Shown here: in pieces, positions 30,660 through 41,486 of the stretch
Position numbering within the stretch: position 1 is the stretch's first letter
How the letters are laid out: each line of letters opens with the position of its first letter
Source: Christensenellales bacterium
GTDB taxonomy: Bacteria > Bacillota > Clostridia > Christensenellales > CALWSW01
Length of the DNA stretch: 64,000 nt
Assembly: GCA_040768925.1 (NCBI GenBank)
Contig: JAXGLZ010000002.1
Coordinates: 207,389-271,388 of the forward strand
Direction of reading: 5' to 3'
The notes under the pieces: generated by a model
What the model was told of the DNA's origin: nothing
Databases searched by the model: none
What the model saw: the letters and a program-made list of their open reading frames with translations, nothing else
Translations under genes and position numbers: made by a program

Positions 30660-31420
30660 AATACCACCTCCGAAAGGGGGAACACCGGCCCGTCCACGCA
30701 GACGCGGCGGTTGCGCACGCCCCTTTCTTCCCTTATGCCAACAGTGCAGCCCAAACACGCCCCCACCCCGCAGCCCATGCGCTCCTCAAGAGAGGCCCAG
30801 GCAGGCGTTTGCGGCGGCAGCGCGGTTTGCAGCGCCCTGAACATCGGTTTCGGGCCGCAGGCGAAAACGGGGGAACCGTCCTCCCGGGCGATCAGCCCGT
30901 TTACGGCGAAGCCCTTTTGCCCGATCGTTCCGTCGTCCGAAAAAAGGCTGACTTCGCACCCGAGTTCGGCAAAATCCCCGGCAAGAATCGCGAATTCGGC
31001 GCTTCGAAAGCCAAGGTATGCGCTCACCTTTACCCCGGCTTCCCGCAGCCTGCGCGCCAGGAACAAAAGCGGCGCGACGCCGATCCCGCCGCCTAAAAGC
31101 CGCGCTTTTTTCACCCCGTCGGTCGGGAATCCCCGGCCGATCGGCCCGGTGGCGGTCAGCTCCGTCCCCGGCTTCGCGGCGGCGAGGGCTTTGGTTCCTT
31201 CGCCTTTGACCGCGCAGGCGATTTTCACCACGCCGTCGCAAACGTCGCACACGCTGATGGGCCGCCGAAGGCTGAAAGCGGCGTTCGGCACCCGGATATG
31301 CAGGAACTGGCCGGGCTGGACTTCTTCAAAAAACGCCGGATCCAGACAGGCGAGGTCCAGGCGGAAAGTCTCCCTGGCTATGGGGGTATTTTCGATGATG
31401 ATAAAGGTTCTTTCTTTCAT
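30656..31420 (-). CDS. pyrK: Dihydroorotate dehydrogenase electron transfer subunit
   Basis: LRRPIS, GGGIGVAP, CGP, MGCGVGACLGC, CVDGPVF. Confidence 0.93.
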   Translation of the reverse strand: MKERTFIIIENTPIARETFRLDLACLDPAFFEEVQPGQFLHIRVPNAAFSLRRPISVCDVCDGVVKIACAVKGEGTKALAAAKPGTELTATGPIGRGFPTDGVKKARLLGGGIGVAPLLFLARRLREAGVKVSAYLGFRSAEFAILAGDFAELGCEVSLFSDDGTIGQKGFAVNGLIAREDGSPVFACGPKPMFRALQTALPPQTPAWASLEERMGCGVGACLGCTVGIREERGVRNRRVCVDGPVFPLSEVVL

Positions 31421-31422
31421 AA

Positions 31423-34400
31423 TCAAACATCCTGAAGGGCGATGAGTTCCGGCTCGATCATGCTCTTGCGCGATTTGAGCGCCTGGACCAGCGCTTTCAC
31501 CGTGTCCGCGCTGGTCAAGCAGGGAATGCTGCGCTCCGTCGCCAGGCGGCGCAGCCGGAAGCCGAAGCGCCTGCGTTCGCGGCCGTGGGTGGGGGTGTTG
31601 ACCACCAGCACGGCCCTGCCTTCCTCGATCAGCTGCTCGGCAGACATGATCCCCGGCTCCTTGGCGACGACGGAAGCCCCGGCAAAGCTGCGGTTCAGCA
31701 CGTTTGCCGTGCCCTTGGTGGCGTAAATGTCGTACCCCAGGACGGAGAGGTCGATGGCGAGGTCCACCATCTCGTTCTTGTCGTTGTCGGCGACGGAGAA
31801 GATCACCGCGCCGGAATCCGGCAGGGTAAGCCCGGCCGCGCAAAGGCCCTTGTACAGCGCTTCGGGCAGGCTGCGGCCCAGACCGAGCACCTCTCCTGTG
31901 GATTTCATCTCCGGCCCGAGGGTGATCTCCACATCCGGCAGCTTATCCAGGGAAAAAACCGGGACCTTGACGGCGGTGCAGGCGGCGTCCGGCGCAAGGC
32001 CGGTGCCAAAGCCCATGCCGGCGATGCGCTCGCCCAGCATGGCGCGGGTGGCGACCTCGGGCAGGGGGATGCCGGTGACCTTGCTGATATACGGCACCGT
32101 GCGGGAGGATCGGGGGTTGACCTCGATCACATAAACGTCATCGTCGTGCAGGATATACTGAATGTTCACCAGGCCCTTGACGTGCAGCGCGTCCGAAAGC
32201 TTTTTCGTCGCTTCGATCAGCTTGCTGCGCACCTTGCCGGAAATATCCTTCGCGGGGTAGACGGAGATCGAGTCCCCGGAATGGACCCCCGCGCGCTCCA
32301 CATGTTCCATGATGCCGGGGATCAGCAGGTCGTATCCGTCCGAAACGGCGTCCACCTCCACCTCTTTGCCCATCAGGTATTTGTCGATCAGCACGGGATG
32401 CTCCTGCTTTTCCCGGCCGATGATGTCCATGAATTCGGCCACGCCCTGCTCGCCGAAGGCAAGGGTCATCCCCTGGCCCCCAAGGACGTAGGACGGCCGC
32501 ACCAGCACCGGATAGCCCAGTTCCTCCGCAGCTTTCAGGGCTTCCGCTTTGGTGAACACCGTGAAACCCTTCGGGCGCTTTAATCCGACCTGCTCCAACA
32601 GCGCGTCGAAGCGCTCGCGGTCCTCCGCGGCGTCGATATCCGCAAGGTCGGTGCCAAGGAGCGGATAGCCCGCGTCCACCACCGGCTTGGCGAGCTTGAT
32701 CGCCGTTTGCCCGCCGAATTGGACGACGACGCCCTTCGGCTGCTCCCGCTCGAGGATGTTATAAACCTCTTCCGGCGTCAGCGGCTCGAAATACAGGGTG
32801 TCCGCCGTATCGTAATCCGTGGAGACGGTTTCCGGGTTGTTGTTGATCATGATCGTGTGGCAGCCCTGCTTTTTCAGCGCCCAGGCGCAGTGCACGCAGC
32901 AGTAGTCGAACTCTACGCCCTGGCCGATGCGGATCGGTCCGGAGCCAAGGACCACCGCCGTGTCCCCCCGCCTTTGGGGCTTTTCGCCTTCCTGGCCGTA
33001 AACCGAATACAGGTAATCCCCCAGCCCGCCGCGGGAATGGGGGCAGGTGTCCACCACTTTGAAGTTCGGGGTCACGCCCAGCGCTTTTCGCCTTAAGCGG
33101 ACCTCCGCCTCGGTGATCCCCGTCAGGGTCGCGATGGCAACGTCCGAAACGCCGTGGATCTTCGCTTTGAGCAGCAGCTCTTTGGTCAGACCGTTTGCGC
33201 CCGCTTTTTCGATTTCGGCTTCCATTCCGCACATAACCTTCATGCGTTCGAGGAACCACCAGTCGATTTTCGTGGCTTCGTAAATTTCCGGCAGCGGCAC
33301 GCCCCGCCTGATTGATTCAAAGACGAAGAAGATCCGCTCGTCCCCCTGGTAGCGGAGCATCCTCGCCACTTCTTCATCCGAAAGGGCCATCAGGCGCGGT
33401 GAGCGCAGGGAATAGGCGTTCAGCTCCAGCGAGCGCAGCGCCTTGAGGAAGGCGGCCTCGAAGGTTTCGCCGATGGACATGACCTCCCCCGTGGCCTTCA
33501 TTTTGGTGCCGATGTGCTTGTCCGCCGCCGTGAACTTGTCAAACGGCCAGCGGGGCATTTTCAGCACCGTGTACTCCACCTGGGGCTCAAAAAGCGCGTG
33601 GGCCTTGTTCCGGCCAAGGAGGATCTCGTCCAGCCGGTAGCCCAGGGCAATTTTGGTGGCCACCCGGGCGATGGGGTAGCTCGTCGCCTTGGAGGCCAGG
33701 GCGGAGGAGCGGGAAAGCCTGGGGTTGACCTCGATCAGGTAATATTCCATGGAATCCGGCTTCAGGGCGAACTGGACGTTGCAGCCCCCCTCGATGCCCA
33801 GCTCCCGGATGATCTTGATGGCCGAATCCCTAAGCATGGCAAGCTGCGCGTCGGTCAGGCTCTTGCAGGGGGCGACGACGATGGAATCCCCGGTGTGGAT
33901 GCCCACGGGGTCGATGTTTTCCATGTTGCAGATGGAAAGGGCGTTGTCCGCCGAGTCCCTTATTACTTCGAACTCGATCTCCTTCCACCCGGCGATGGAC
34001 CGCTCGATCAGGCACTGGTGTACCCGGCTGCTTTTCAGCCCGCCGTGGCAGACTTCCCGCAGCTCCGCTTCGTCGCCCGCCATGCCGCCGCCGGTGCCGC
34101 CCAGGGTGTACGCCGGGCGGACGATCACGGGGTAGCCGATCCGTTCGGCGAAGGCGACGGCGTCCTCCTCGGTATGGACGATCACATTGTCCACCACCGG
34201 TTCGCCGATTTTGTTCATCGTGTCCCGAAAAGCCTCGCGATCCTCAGCCTTGAAGATGGCGGAGGCGGAAGTGCCGATCAGCTCGACGCCCATCCTTTCG
34301 AGGTATCCGCCCTCGTGAAGCTCCATGGCAAGGTTCAGCCCGGTCTGGCCGCCCAGGGTGGGAAGCAGGCTGTCCGGCCGCTCTTTCTCGATGATCCGCT

Positions 34401-34623
34401 TTACGGTCGCGGCATCCATGGGCTCGATATACACCCTCTCCGCCATGGCGGGGTCCGTCATGATCGTCGCCGGGTTGGAATTGACGAGGACGATCTCCAC
34501 CCCCTCTTCCCGAAGGGCGCGGCAGGCCTGGGTCCCCGCATAGTCGAACTCCGCGGCCTGGCCGATCACGATCGGGCCGGAGCCGATCACCATCGTCTTT
34601 TTTATCGTGGGTTTTTTGGGCAT
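31423..34623 (-). CDS. carB: Carbamoyl-phosphate synthase large subunit
   Basis: GSGPIVIGQAAEFDYAG, duplicated ATP-grasp domains, MGS-like C-terminus. Confidence 0.95.
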   Translation of the reverse strand: MPKKPTIKKTMVIGSGPIVIGQAAEFDYAGTQACRALREEGVEIVLVNSNPATIMTDPAMAERVYIEPMDAATVKRIIEKERPDSLLPTLGGQTGLNLAMELHEGGYLERMGVELIGTSASAIFKAEDREAFRDTMNKIGEPVVDNVIVHTEEDAVAFAERIGYPVIVRPAYTLGGTGGGMAGDEAELREVCHGGLKSSRVHQCLIERSIAGWKEIEFEVIRDSADNALSICNMENIDPVGIHTGDSIVVAPCKSLTDAQLAMLRDSAIKIIRELGIEGGCNVQFALKPDSMEYYLIEVNPRLSRSSALASKATSYPIARVATKIALGYRLDEILLGRNKAHALFEPQVEYTVLKMPRWPFDKFTAADKHIGTKMKATGEVMSIGETFEAAFLKALRSLELNAYSLRSPRLMALSDEEVARMLRYQGDERIFFVFESIRRGVPLPEIYEATKIDWWFLERMKVMCGMEAEIEKAGANGLTKELLLKAKIHGVSDVAIATLTGITEAEVRLRRKALGVTPNFKVVDTCPHSRGGLGDYLYSVYGQEGEKPQRRGDTAVVLGSGPIRIGQGVEFDYCCVHCAWALKKQGCHTIMINNNPETVSTDYDTADTLYFEPLTPEEVYNILEREQPKGVVVQFGGQTAIKLAKPVVDAGYPLLGTDLADIDAAEDRERFDALLEQVGLKRPKGFTVFTKAEALKAAEELGYPVLVRPSYVLGGQGMTLAFGEQGVAEFMDIIGREKQEHPVLIDKYLMGKEVEVDAVSDGYDLLIPGIMEHVERAGVHSGDSISVYPAKDISGKVRSKLIEATKKLSDALHVKGLVNIQYILHDDDVYVIEVNPRSSRTVPYISKVTGIPLPEVATRAMLGERIAGMGFGTGLAPDAACTAVKVPVFSLDKLPDVEITLGPEMKSTGEVLGLGRSLPEALYKGLCAAGLTLPDSGAVIFSVADNDKNEMVDLAIDLSVLGYDIYATKGTANVLNRSFAGASVVAKEPGIMSAEQLIEEGRAVLVVNTPTHGRERRRFGFRLRRLATERSIPCLTSADTVKALVQALKSRKSMIEPELIALQDV

Positions 34624-34646
34624 TTTGCTACCTCGTGATCTGAAAT

Positions 34647-35561
34647 TTATCCGATCCTGCCGCCAAGTGCTGCCAGCAGGTCCTCTTTCATCCTCAGCGC
34701 TTCGTTTCTGGCGGCCGCGGCAAAGGGCACGCCGGGCTGCTTTTTGTATGCGCACATGATCGAGCGGGACGCGTTGACGACCGCGCCGCCGCCCTTTCCA
34801 TCAAAGCTCTTCGCGATTTGTCCGGCCGTTCCGCCCTGGGCGCCGTATCCGGGGATCAGGAAGAAGGTGTTGGGCAGCAGCGCGCGCAGCGCTTCGCCCT
34901 GTTCGGGGTAGGTCGCCCCGACGACCGCGCCGATGGCGGAATAGCCGCTTTTTCCGATCAGTCCTTCGCCCCATTTGGCGGTCATTCTGCCCACGTGCTC
35001 GTAAACCGGCCTGCCGTTTGCGATCAGGTCCTGAAATTCGCCGCCGGAGGGGTTGCTGGTCTTGACGAGGACGAAGATCCCCTTGCCGCGTTGGGCGCAG
35101 GCATCCGCGAAGGGCTTGATGCCGTCCGTTCCCAGGTAGGGGTTGACGGTAACGATATCCGATTCAAACGCGGGCAGCGTTTCCTCCCCCGCCGGCGTGC
35201 CGGAAAGGAAGGCGTGGGCGTAAGCTTCGGCGGTGGAGCCGATATCCCCGCGCTTGACGTCCGCGATGACGATCAGCCCCGCCTGCTTTGCGTATTCCAG
35301 GGTGCGCTTGAAGGCGGTCATCCCCTCCACGCCGTACATTTCGTAAAACGCGACCTGGACCTTGACCGCCGGAACAATGTCCGCTACGGCGTCGATCAGG
35401 GCGCGGTTGAAATCGAAGATCGCCCCGCCGGCGCTTTTTTGAAAGTCCGCGCCGGGCTTGAAGAAGCCTTCCGGAAGGTATTCCACCCGCGTGTCCAGCC
35501 CCAGCGCCGAGGGGTTCTGCTTTTGAACGATGGCTTCAGCCATCCTATCCATAATGTTCAA
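34647..35561 (-). CDS. pyrF: Orotidine-5'-phosphate decarboxylase
   Basis: DVKRGDIGST, NPYLG, VKTSN, PGYGAQGG; start TTG 35561 or ATG 35552. Confidence 0.93.
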   Translation of the reverse strand: MNIMDRMAEAIVQKQNPSALGLDTRVEYLPEGFFKPGADFQKSAGGAIFDFNRALIDAVADIVPAVKVQVAFYEMYGVEGMTAFKRTLEYAKQAGLIVIADVKRGDIGSTAEAYAHAFLSGTPAGEETLPAFESDIVTVNPYLGTDGIKPFADACAQRGKGIFVLVKTSNPSGGEFQDLIANGRPVYEHVGRMTAKWGEGLIGKSGYSAIGAVVGATYPEQGEALRALLPNTFFLIPGYGAQGGTAGQIAKSFDGKGGGAVVNASRSIMCAYKKQPGVPFAAAARNEALRMKEDLLAALGGRIG

Positions 35562-35563
35562 GC

Positions 35564-36835
35564 TTACCTCCTGGCCCTTACGGCGCCGTCCATGATCGTG
35601 CACACGACCTTGCCCCTGTATGGTTTGTTCAGGAAGGGGGAATTCGCGCTCCTTGAGTGCAGGTTTTCCTCCGTATATACGATTTCCGCCTTCGGATCGG
35701 CGATGGTTACATCCGCAGGCAGGCCTTCGGCGATCAACCCGCCGATGGCACCCAGGATTTCCGCCGGGCGGCAGGACAGGCGCTCCACCAGCTGTTTTGG
35801 GGAGAGTATGCCCGTTTCGATCAGGTTGGTCACAGCCAGGGAAAAGGTGGTTTCAAAGCCGATGATCCCGTTCGGGGCGCTCTGGAATTCCACGCGCTTT
35901 TCGTCCCGGGAATGGGGGGCGTGGTCCGTCGCGATGGCGTCGATCGTGCCGTCCGCAAGGCCGCGCTTGATGGCTTCCACGTCTTCCGCCGTTCTTAAGG
36001 GGGGATTCATCTTCGCGTTGGCGTCGTACTCTTTGCAGAGCGCGTCCGTCGCCGAGAAGTAATGCGGGCAGGTTTCGCCGGTGGCGCGCACGCCCCGCAG
36101 CTTTGCCTGGCGCAGCATTTCCACCCCGCCTTTGGTGGAGATATGGGCGATGTGGACCTTGGTGTCATACGCTTCGGCGAGCAGCAGCTCCCGGGAGAGC
36201 ATGACTTCCTCCGCCGCGCGGGAGATGCCCTTTAAACCGTACAGCGCGGAGGTTTCGCCCTCGTTCATCACGCCTTCTCCGGCGATGGAAAGATCCTCGC
36301 AGTGGGAGATCAGCAGCGCGCCGAAACCCTTGGCGTATTGCAGGGCGAGGCGCATCCGGTTTGCGTCCTCCACCGGTCGGCCGTCGTCCGAAAAGGCCAC
36401 GGCGCCGTTTTCCAGCAGGATGCCGAACTCCGTCAGTTCCTCGCCCTTAAGCCCCTTGGTGATCGCCGCGATGGGGTAAACCCGGGCGGCGGCTTCTTTC
36501 GCTTTTTCCAGGATGAAGCGAGTGACCATCTCGTTGTCGTTCACCGGGGCGGTGTTCGGCATGCAGGCCACGGCGGTGAATCCGCCGAAGGCGGCCGAAA
36601 GGGTCCCCGAAGCGATGTCCTCTTTGTATTCCTGCCCCGGCTCGCGCAGGTGGCAGTGCAGATCCACAAAGCCTGGCATGACCCACAGGCCCGCGGCGTC
36701 GATGATTTCGTCCGCGGCGAAAATCTCACCGCGTGGGGCGATGGCTTCCACCTTGCTGTCTTTGATCAGGACGTCGTATTCGCCGGAAAGGCCCCTCGGG
36801 TTAATTAGCAGGCCGTTTTTGATGCGTATCGTCAT
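35564..36835 (-). CDS. pyrC: Dihydroorotase
   Basis: DLHCHLREPG, MPNT, KMNPPLR, ATDHAPH. Confidence 0.95.
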   Translation of the reverse strand: MTIRIKNGLLINPRGLSGEYDVLIKDSKVEAIAPRGEIFAADEIIDAAGLWVMPGFVDLHCHLREPGQEYKEDIASGTLSAAFGGFTAVACMPNTAPVNDNEMVTRFILEKAKEAAARVYPIAAITKGLKGEELTEFGILLENGAVAFSDDGRPVEDANRMRLALQYAKGFGALLISHCEDLSIAGEGVMNEGETSALYGLKGISRAAEEVMLSRELLLAEAYDTKVHIAHISTKGGVEMLRQAKLRGVRATGETCPHYFSATDALCKEYDANAKMNPPLRTAEDVEAIKRGLADGTIDAIATDHAPHSRDEKRVEFQSAPNGIIGFETTFSLAVTNLIETGILSPKQLVERLSCRPAEILGAIGGLIAEGLPADVTIADPKAEIVYTEENLHSRSANSPFLNKPYRGKVVCTIMDGAVRARR

Positions 36836-37758
36836 TGGGCGTTCCTTTCTGAGAGCAGATGCAGCAGAGCCATGCGCACGGCGACGCCGTTTTCCACCTG
36901 ATCGTCGATCACGGAAACCGAACTGTCCGCCACGCGGCCGGTAATCTCCACTCCGCGGTTGATGGGGCCGGGGTGCATGACCAGCGCGCCGGGCTTTGCG
37001 TGGGCCAGCACGCCGTCGTTGATGCCGTAAAACTTTGCGTATTCCCGGACGGAAGGGATCAGCCCGGCCTGCTGCCTTTCCTTTTGGATGCGCAGGGCCA
37101 TCACCACGTCCGCGTCCTTCACGGCGGCTTTGACGTCTGTCGTCACCCTTGCGCCAGCCTGTTCAAATTCGGCCGGAAGCAGGGTTCCCGGCCCCGCGAA
37201 GGTCACCTTCGCGCCCATGGCGGTCAGCCCCCAAAGGTTCGACCTTGCGACGCGGCTGTGCAGCACGTCCCCCACGATGGCGACGTTCAGCCCCTTGAGT
37301 TCGCCGAGGCGTTCTTGCATGGTGAACATGTCCAACAACGCCTGGGTTGGGTGCTCGTTGGTGCCGTCACCCGCGTTGATCACGCTGGCTTTCACGTTTT
37401 GCGCCAGCAGCTTGGCCGCGCCGCTCATCGGGTGGCGGATGATCATAAAATCCGCGCCGATCCGTTCCAGCGTGTGGCCGGTGTCGATCAGCGATTCGCC
37501 CTTCTGCACGCTGGAGTTGGAGACGGAGATGCTTGTCGTCATCGCGGACAGCAGTTTCGCCGCGGTTTCGAAGGAGGTTCTGGTCCGCGTGCTGTTTTCA
37601 TAAAACAAAGTGACGACGGACTTCCCCGAAAGCAGGGCGCATTTTCTTTCTGTTGAACGCATGATCCGCTTCATTTCGGCCGCCGCGTCCAGAATCCCGG
37701 CGATCAGCCCCGCGTCCGCTCCGCGCAGGCCCAGCATGTCTTTTGTAGTGATGGGCAT
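36832..37758 (-). CDS. pyrB: Aspartate carbamoyltransferase
   Basis: FYENSTRT, HPTQALLD, RIQKER, HPGP. Confidence 0.95.
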   Translation of the reverse strand: MPITTKDMLGLRGADAGLIAGILDAAAEMKRIMRSTERKCALLSGKSVVTLFYENSTRTRTSFETAAKLLSAMTTSISVSNSSVQKGESLIDTGHTLERIGADFMIIRHPMSGAAKLLAQNVKASVINAGDGTNEHPTQALLDMFTMQERLGELKGLNVAIVGDVLHSRVARSNLWGLTAMGAKVTFAGPGTLLPAEFEQAGARVTTDVKAAVKDADVVMALRIQKERQQAGLIPSVREYAKFYGINDGVLAHAKPGALVMHPGPINRGVEITGRVADSSVSVIDDQVENGVAVRMALLHLLSERNAQ

Positions 37759-37769
37759 GTTCCCTCCTG

Positions 37770-38318
37770 TTATTCCTTTGAACCTTTATCCAGGATCGCC
37801 ACGCACTCCACGCCGTCTATCTCGGCGACGCGCACGGCGACCAGTTCTTCGTGGGAGGTGGGCAGGTTTTTGCCCACGTAATCCGGCCTGATGGGGAGCT
37901 CCCTGTGGCCCCGGTCGATCAGCGCGGCGAACTGGAGCCTTGCCGGCCGCCCAAGGTCGATGATCGCGTCCATCGCCGCCCTTGCGGTACGCCCGGTGTG
38001 GACCACGTCGTCCACCATCACGATGGTTTTTCCCCTGACAGTAAAAGGAATGTCCGATCTTCCGGCCTTTGTGGCGGCGGATTGCTCGGACAAATCGTCT
38101 CTGTATGAAGTTGTGTCCAGCGTGCCCACGGGAACATCGATGCCTTCGATCGCGGCGATATGGGCCGCGAGCCTTTTGGCAAGGGGAACGCCCCTGCTGT
38201 GGATCCCGATCAGCGCGATTTCTGAAACGCCCTGATTGCGCTCGATGATTTCATGGGCAATGCGGAGAAGCGCCCGGTCCATGCCGCGGCCGTCCATGAT
38301 GATTTTCTTCTCTCCCAT
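37770..38318 (-). CDS. pyrR: PyrR attenuation regulator/UPRTase
   Basis: [39 protein letters not shown]. Confidence 0.95.
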   Translation of the reverse strand: MGEKKIIMDGRGMDRALLRIAHEIIERNQGVSEIALIGIHSRGVPLAKRLAAHIAAIEGIDVPVGTLDTTSYRDDLSEQSAATKAGRSDIPFTVRGKTIVMVDDVVHTGRTARAAMDAIIDLGRPARLQFAALIDRGHRELPIRPDYVGKNLPTSHEELVAVRVAEIDGVECVAILDKGSKE

Positions 38319-38347
38319 GCGCGCTCCTTTCCCGCCGCCGGCCTTAT

Positions 38348-38462
38348 CAAAAAAGCCTTCCGCCGTGCATGCGGAAGGCTTAACCAGCATAATAGGACCC
38401 GCGAAATGTGCAGGTTCAAGACGCACGGCCTTTCCGGCATCACGGTACCGGATTAAAGGGCA
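38348..38462 (-). promoter_or_regulatory. PyrR-binding attenuator leader
   Basis: CCTTTAATCCGGTACCGTGATGCCGGAAAGG binding-loop hairpin, then terminator AAGCCTTCCGC...GCGGAAGGCTTTTTT. Confidence 0.75.
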
Positions 38463-38574
38463 GCGGAATTTACCGAAAATTATCGTAACACACCGGGGGA
38501 AAAAGCGCAAGCGTTCGGGGGAGATATCGCAAAGATTAATTTCGCATCGTTCGCCAAAGGCTTTGGCTCTCCGG

Positions 38575-39969
38575 TCAGGGGACGATCACGACTTCCCCGA
38601 TATCCTCCTCGTCATCCGGGGGCGGGGTTTCTTCCGGAAGATCGGGAACGGTTTCTTCCCCGCCTTCCGGAATCTCAACAGTCGCCGTGGGGGCCGGCGA
38701 TTCCTCCGGCAGCGGAGATTCGGCCGGCGGCGATCCTTCCGGCAGCGGAAATTCGGCCGGCGTCGGGGTCGGCGGCGCGTTCGGGTCGATCAGGTTGCCG
38801 TTTTCATCATAATAGGCCTTGGGATGATACGTCCCCCTGCCCGTGTCCGAGCCGGGAAGGACTTCCGCCTCGGTCGCTTCGTAAATAAACCTGTGCAAAG
38901 CCAGGGTGTTTGCGGGAATATCCGGCAGCAGCACCTGCATACCCCTGATGTTTGTGGATTTAAAGGTCCCTTCCACCGGCAGCCGGTAATGCATCAGCGC
39001 GTCGGCGTTGATATTCATGGAAATCACCGTGGTCACAAGCCCGATGATCTGGTCGTCCGCCATGTTTGTTTCAACATAGGGAAGCACGTCGTAAAGCACC
39101 GAAAGCTTCTTCCCCGCGTCCACCTGCATGAATTTTTCATAGATCGCGCGCAGCACCTTGAACTGTCTGGACGTTCTGGCGTAATCCCCGTTCCCGAAGT
39201 GGCGGATCCTGCAATACCCCAGGGCCTGCTGGCCGGTCAGCTTGATCTTGCCGCTCCTTTTGGTGATCAGGCCTTTGGTGCGTTCCCGGCCCTGCTGAAG
39301 GTTGAGCCCGGCGATGCAGTCGTTGGCCTCGCTGACTTCGCCTTCGGACATCTCGATGGTCACACCGCCCAGCTTGTCGACGATCTTGTCGAACATGTCA
39401 AAATCCACCAGAACATAGGTGGAAAGATCCATCGAAAAATTGTCGTTGATCGTCTGCATCAAGAGGCCAGGCCCGCCCTTTGCGCAGGCGGAATTGATGC
39501 GGTTTTCGCCGCTGCCGGAAATGGGGACGTACATGTCGCGCATCAGGCTCGTCAGCTTGAGCCTGCTGTTCTTTTTGTCCAGCGTGGCGATCAGCAAGGT
39601 ATCCGACCGGCTGTAGCCGGAGCTGCCCCTGCGGTCCACGCCGATCAGCAAAATGTTGACCGCGCCCTCGCGCTTTTGGGTCTCCTCGATGGCCCGCAGT
39701 TCCTCATTCGTCAGTTTGGACTGCTCGATTTCGTCAATTAGGGTAACCTCGTTCTCGATATCCTGATCCTCATCCTCTTCGCCGATGAGGCCGCTTTCAA
39801 TATCCTGCTCCCGCTGTTCCTGCTCTTTTTGGGCGATTTCCGCCGCTTCCTCCAGCGAGACGCGCTTCACCCTGCCGAGCATGACGGCGATGGCGCCCGC
39901 GGCGATCGCCAGCAGCACGATGGCGATGATCAAGATGACCGCCAAGGTCCTCGTTGCAATTCGTTTCAA
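38575..39969 (-). CDS. LCP (LytR-CpsA-Psr) family protein
   Basis: N-terminal TM helix, [28 protein letters not shown]; Pro/Glu-rich tail. Confidence 0.9.
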   Translation of the reverse strand: MKRIATRTLAVILIIAIVLLAIAAGAIAVMLGRVKRVSLEEAAEIAQKEQEQREQDIESGLIGEEDEDQDIENEVTLIDEIEQSKLTNEELRAIEETQKREGAVNILLIGVDRRGSSGYSRSDTLLIATLDKKNSRLKLTSLMRDMYVPISGSGENRINSACAKGGPGLLMQTINDNFSMDLSTYVLVDFDMFDKIVDKLGGVTIEMSEGEVSEANDCIAGLNLQQGRERTKGLITKRSGKIKLTGQQALGYCRIRHFGNGDYARTSRQFKVLRAIYEKFMQVDAGKKLSVLYDVLPYVETNMADDQIIGLVTTVISMNINADALMHYRLPVEGTFKSTNIRGMQVLLPDIPANTLALHRFIYEATEAEVLPGSDTGRGTYHPKAYYDENGNLIDPNAPPTPTPAEFPLPEGSPPAESPLPEESPAPTATVEIPEGGEETVPDLPEETPPPDDEEDIGEVVIVP

Positions 39970-40248
39970 AGGTTACCCTCCGTTTCACATCCCATGTGGG
40001 CATATTGTAGTACTTTGCTCCAATGTTTTCAAGGCATAAATACTCTATTGTGTTCCTCTTCTATGGATAACACGGAGGAATGTCGCTTTTTGTTGCACGG
40101 ATCAAGGCGTTTACCGTTAAAAGGAAGCCGATTCCCCGGCATAAATCCCGCTTCGCGGCCTTTTTGCGGGGCTGTATCGCGCGGTTGACAGGTTATGCGC
40201 TTTGGCAGCCAAACAAAGGCCCAACCGGGCGGCCGGCACAAATTGTAG

Positions 40249-40278
40249 TTGACAAGATGCGCCGCCGGAAGTTATAAT
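40249..40278 (+). promoter_or_regulatory. SigA promoter of tRNA-Leu
   Basis: TTGACA-18-TATAAT. Confidence 0.75.
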
Positions 40279-40310
40279 GTGAACTGTCGTCAAAACGCCC
40301 CCATCTTAAT

Positions 40311-40394
40311 GCGGCAGTGCTGGAATCGGCAGACAGGCACGTTTGAGGGGCGTGTGCGACGAGCGTATGGGTTCAAGTCCCATCTGCCGCACCA
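40311..40394 (+). tRNA. tRNA-Leu(GAG)
   Basis: Loop TT-GAG-GG, long variable arm, CCA. Confidence 0.95.
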
Positions 40395-40717
40395 TATCAA
40401 AGGACAAACTTTGATACAATGAAAGTCACCTATCATGGGTGGCTTTTATTGCATCTATGGCCCGGAAAACCTGTAAATATGGGCATTCCGGGCTTTACTC
40501 TTTTTACATGAAAGCCTCGTGGCATTACCCGGCCATCCTGAAACGGGGCTGCCTCTCAATTTCTACCCCCGGCAAGCCGAAATTCTGCACCCCCCTCATG
40601 CGATATTCAAATCCCCCATCCGCACAAGACACTCTATGCGTTAAAATGCACCCCCCTCTGGATTCCCCATATAAATTATGATATTGTGTTCTACATACAG
40701 GAACGAGGTGGTTACTT

Positions 40718-40969
40718 ATGACAAAAGAGGAATTGTTGCAACTGCAAGCGGCAGAAGTGCCATATGAAGAACGAGTAGACATTTCGGATGTAAAGATTGA
40801 CCTGGATTTGCTTATTGTGCAGCGCATGGAAGATTATATCCGACAGATTAAAAATCCCTATGCCTTCAAGTGCGGAGAAATCGATGTGAATGTACGGTTT
40901 TCTACCAGCGGCAAAACTCTCAAAGACGCAATGGCATCCTACCTCAACGCTATTAAAAAGAAGTCTTGA
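40718..40969 (+). CDS. DUF6870-like small protein typical of integrative elements
   Basis: VDISDVKID...YIRQIKNPYAFKCG...VRFS; GAGGTGG RBS. Confidence 0.65.
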   Translation: MTKEELLQLQAAEVPYEERVDISDVKIDLDLLIVQRMEDYIRQIKNPYAFKCGEIDVNVRFSTSGKTLKDAMASYLNAIKKKS

Positions 40970-41076
40970 CACGGGGTATGGTGTACAAAGAAGGTATTTA
41001 GCTACATAAATACGAGGCGCTCTAAATAAGCGGAGCCCCATCCATAATCACTTTTGCGGCTATCAATACATACATA

Positions 41077-41119
41077 AAAAAGGCCCGCAGGTTTTATTCT
41101 GAAACCTGCGGGCCTTTTT
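41077..41119. terminator. Bidirectional terminator (related copy at 52402-52443)
   Basis: AAAAAAGGCCCGCAGGTTT...AAACCTGCGGGCCTTTTT. Confidence 0.75.
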
Positions 41120-41125
41120 GTGCGC

Positions 41126-41404
41126 CTATTCGTTGAAATGCTTCATTGTGGCTAATACAATCTGGCGTTGTTCCTCTGTAAGCGTTCCAAATTCCAATAG
41201 GAACACCCACTGCTCAGGTGTAAGAACCACGGACTCGCCTTCCTCGGCAAAAAACTGTGCTTTCGTAATGCCAAACGCCCGGCATATTGCCTCGATTGTA
41301 GGATATGTCGGAGCGTTATTTCTTTTGGATAGATGCGAAATTGTGGATTGCGGCAAATCTGCTTCTTTTGCAAGTTTGTACTCCGACCATCCTTTTGCGT
41401 CCAT
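41126..41404 (-). CDS. XRE-family HTH regulator, possibly 5'-truncated
   Basis: GWSEYKLAKEADLPQSTIS...PTYPTIEAICRAFGIT; no RBS and an in-frame stop just upstream. Confidence 0.6.
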   Translation of the reverse strand: MDAKGWSEYKLAKEADLPQSTISHLSKRNNAPTYPTIEAICRAFGITKAQFFAEEGESVVLTPEQWVFLLEFGTLTEEQRQIVLATMKHFNE

Positions 41405-41486
41405 CAATTGCTTATGACGCTACAAGGCTACACTGATAAAAGCGCGCTATCCGCGTGTAAATTCGATAAAGAAAGAGGTTATCATC

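Noticed and set aside
38700-38762. 33-bp tandem duplication in the LCP tail
   Set aside because: Ordinary Pro/Glu linker repeat
40370-40394. tRNA 3'-end duplication as attR
   Set aside because: No second copy seen by eye near 52400 or 58200-58500, and no tyrosine integrase present
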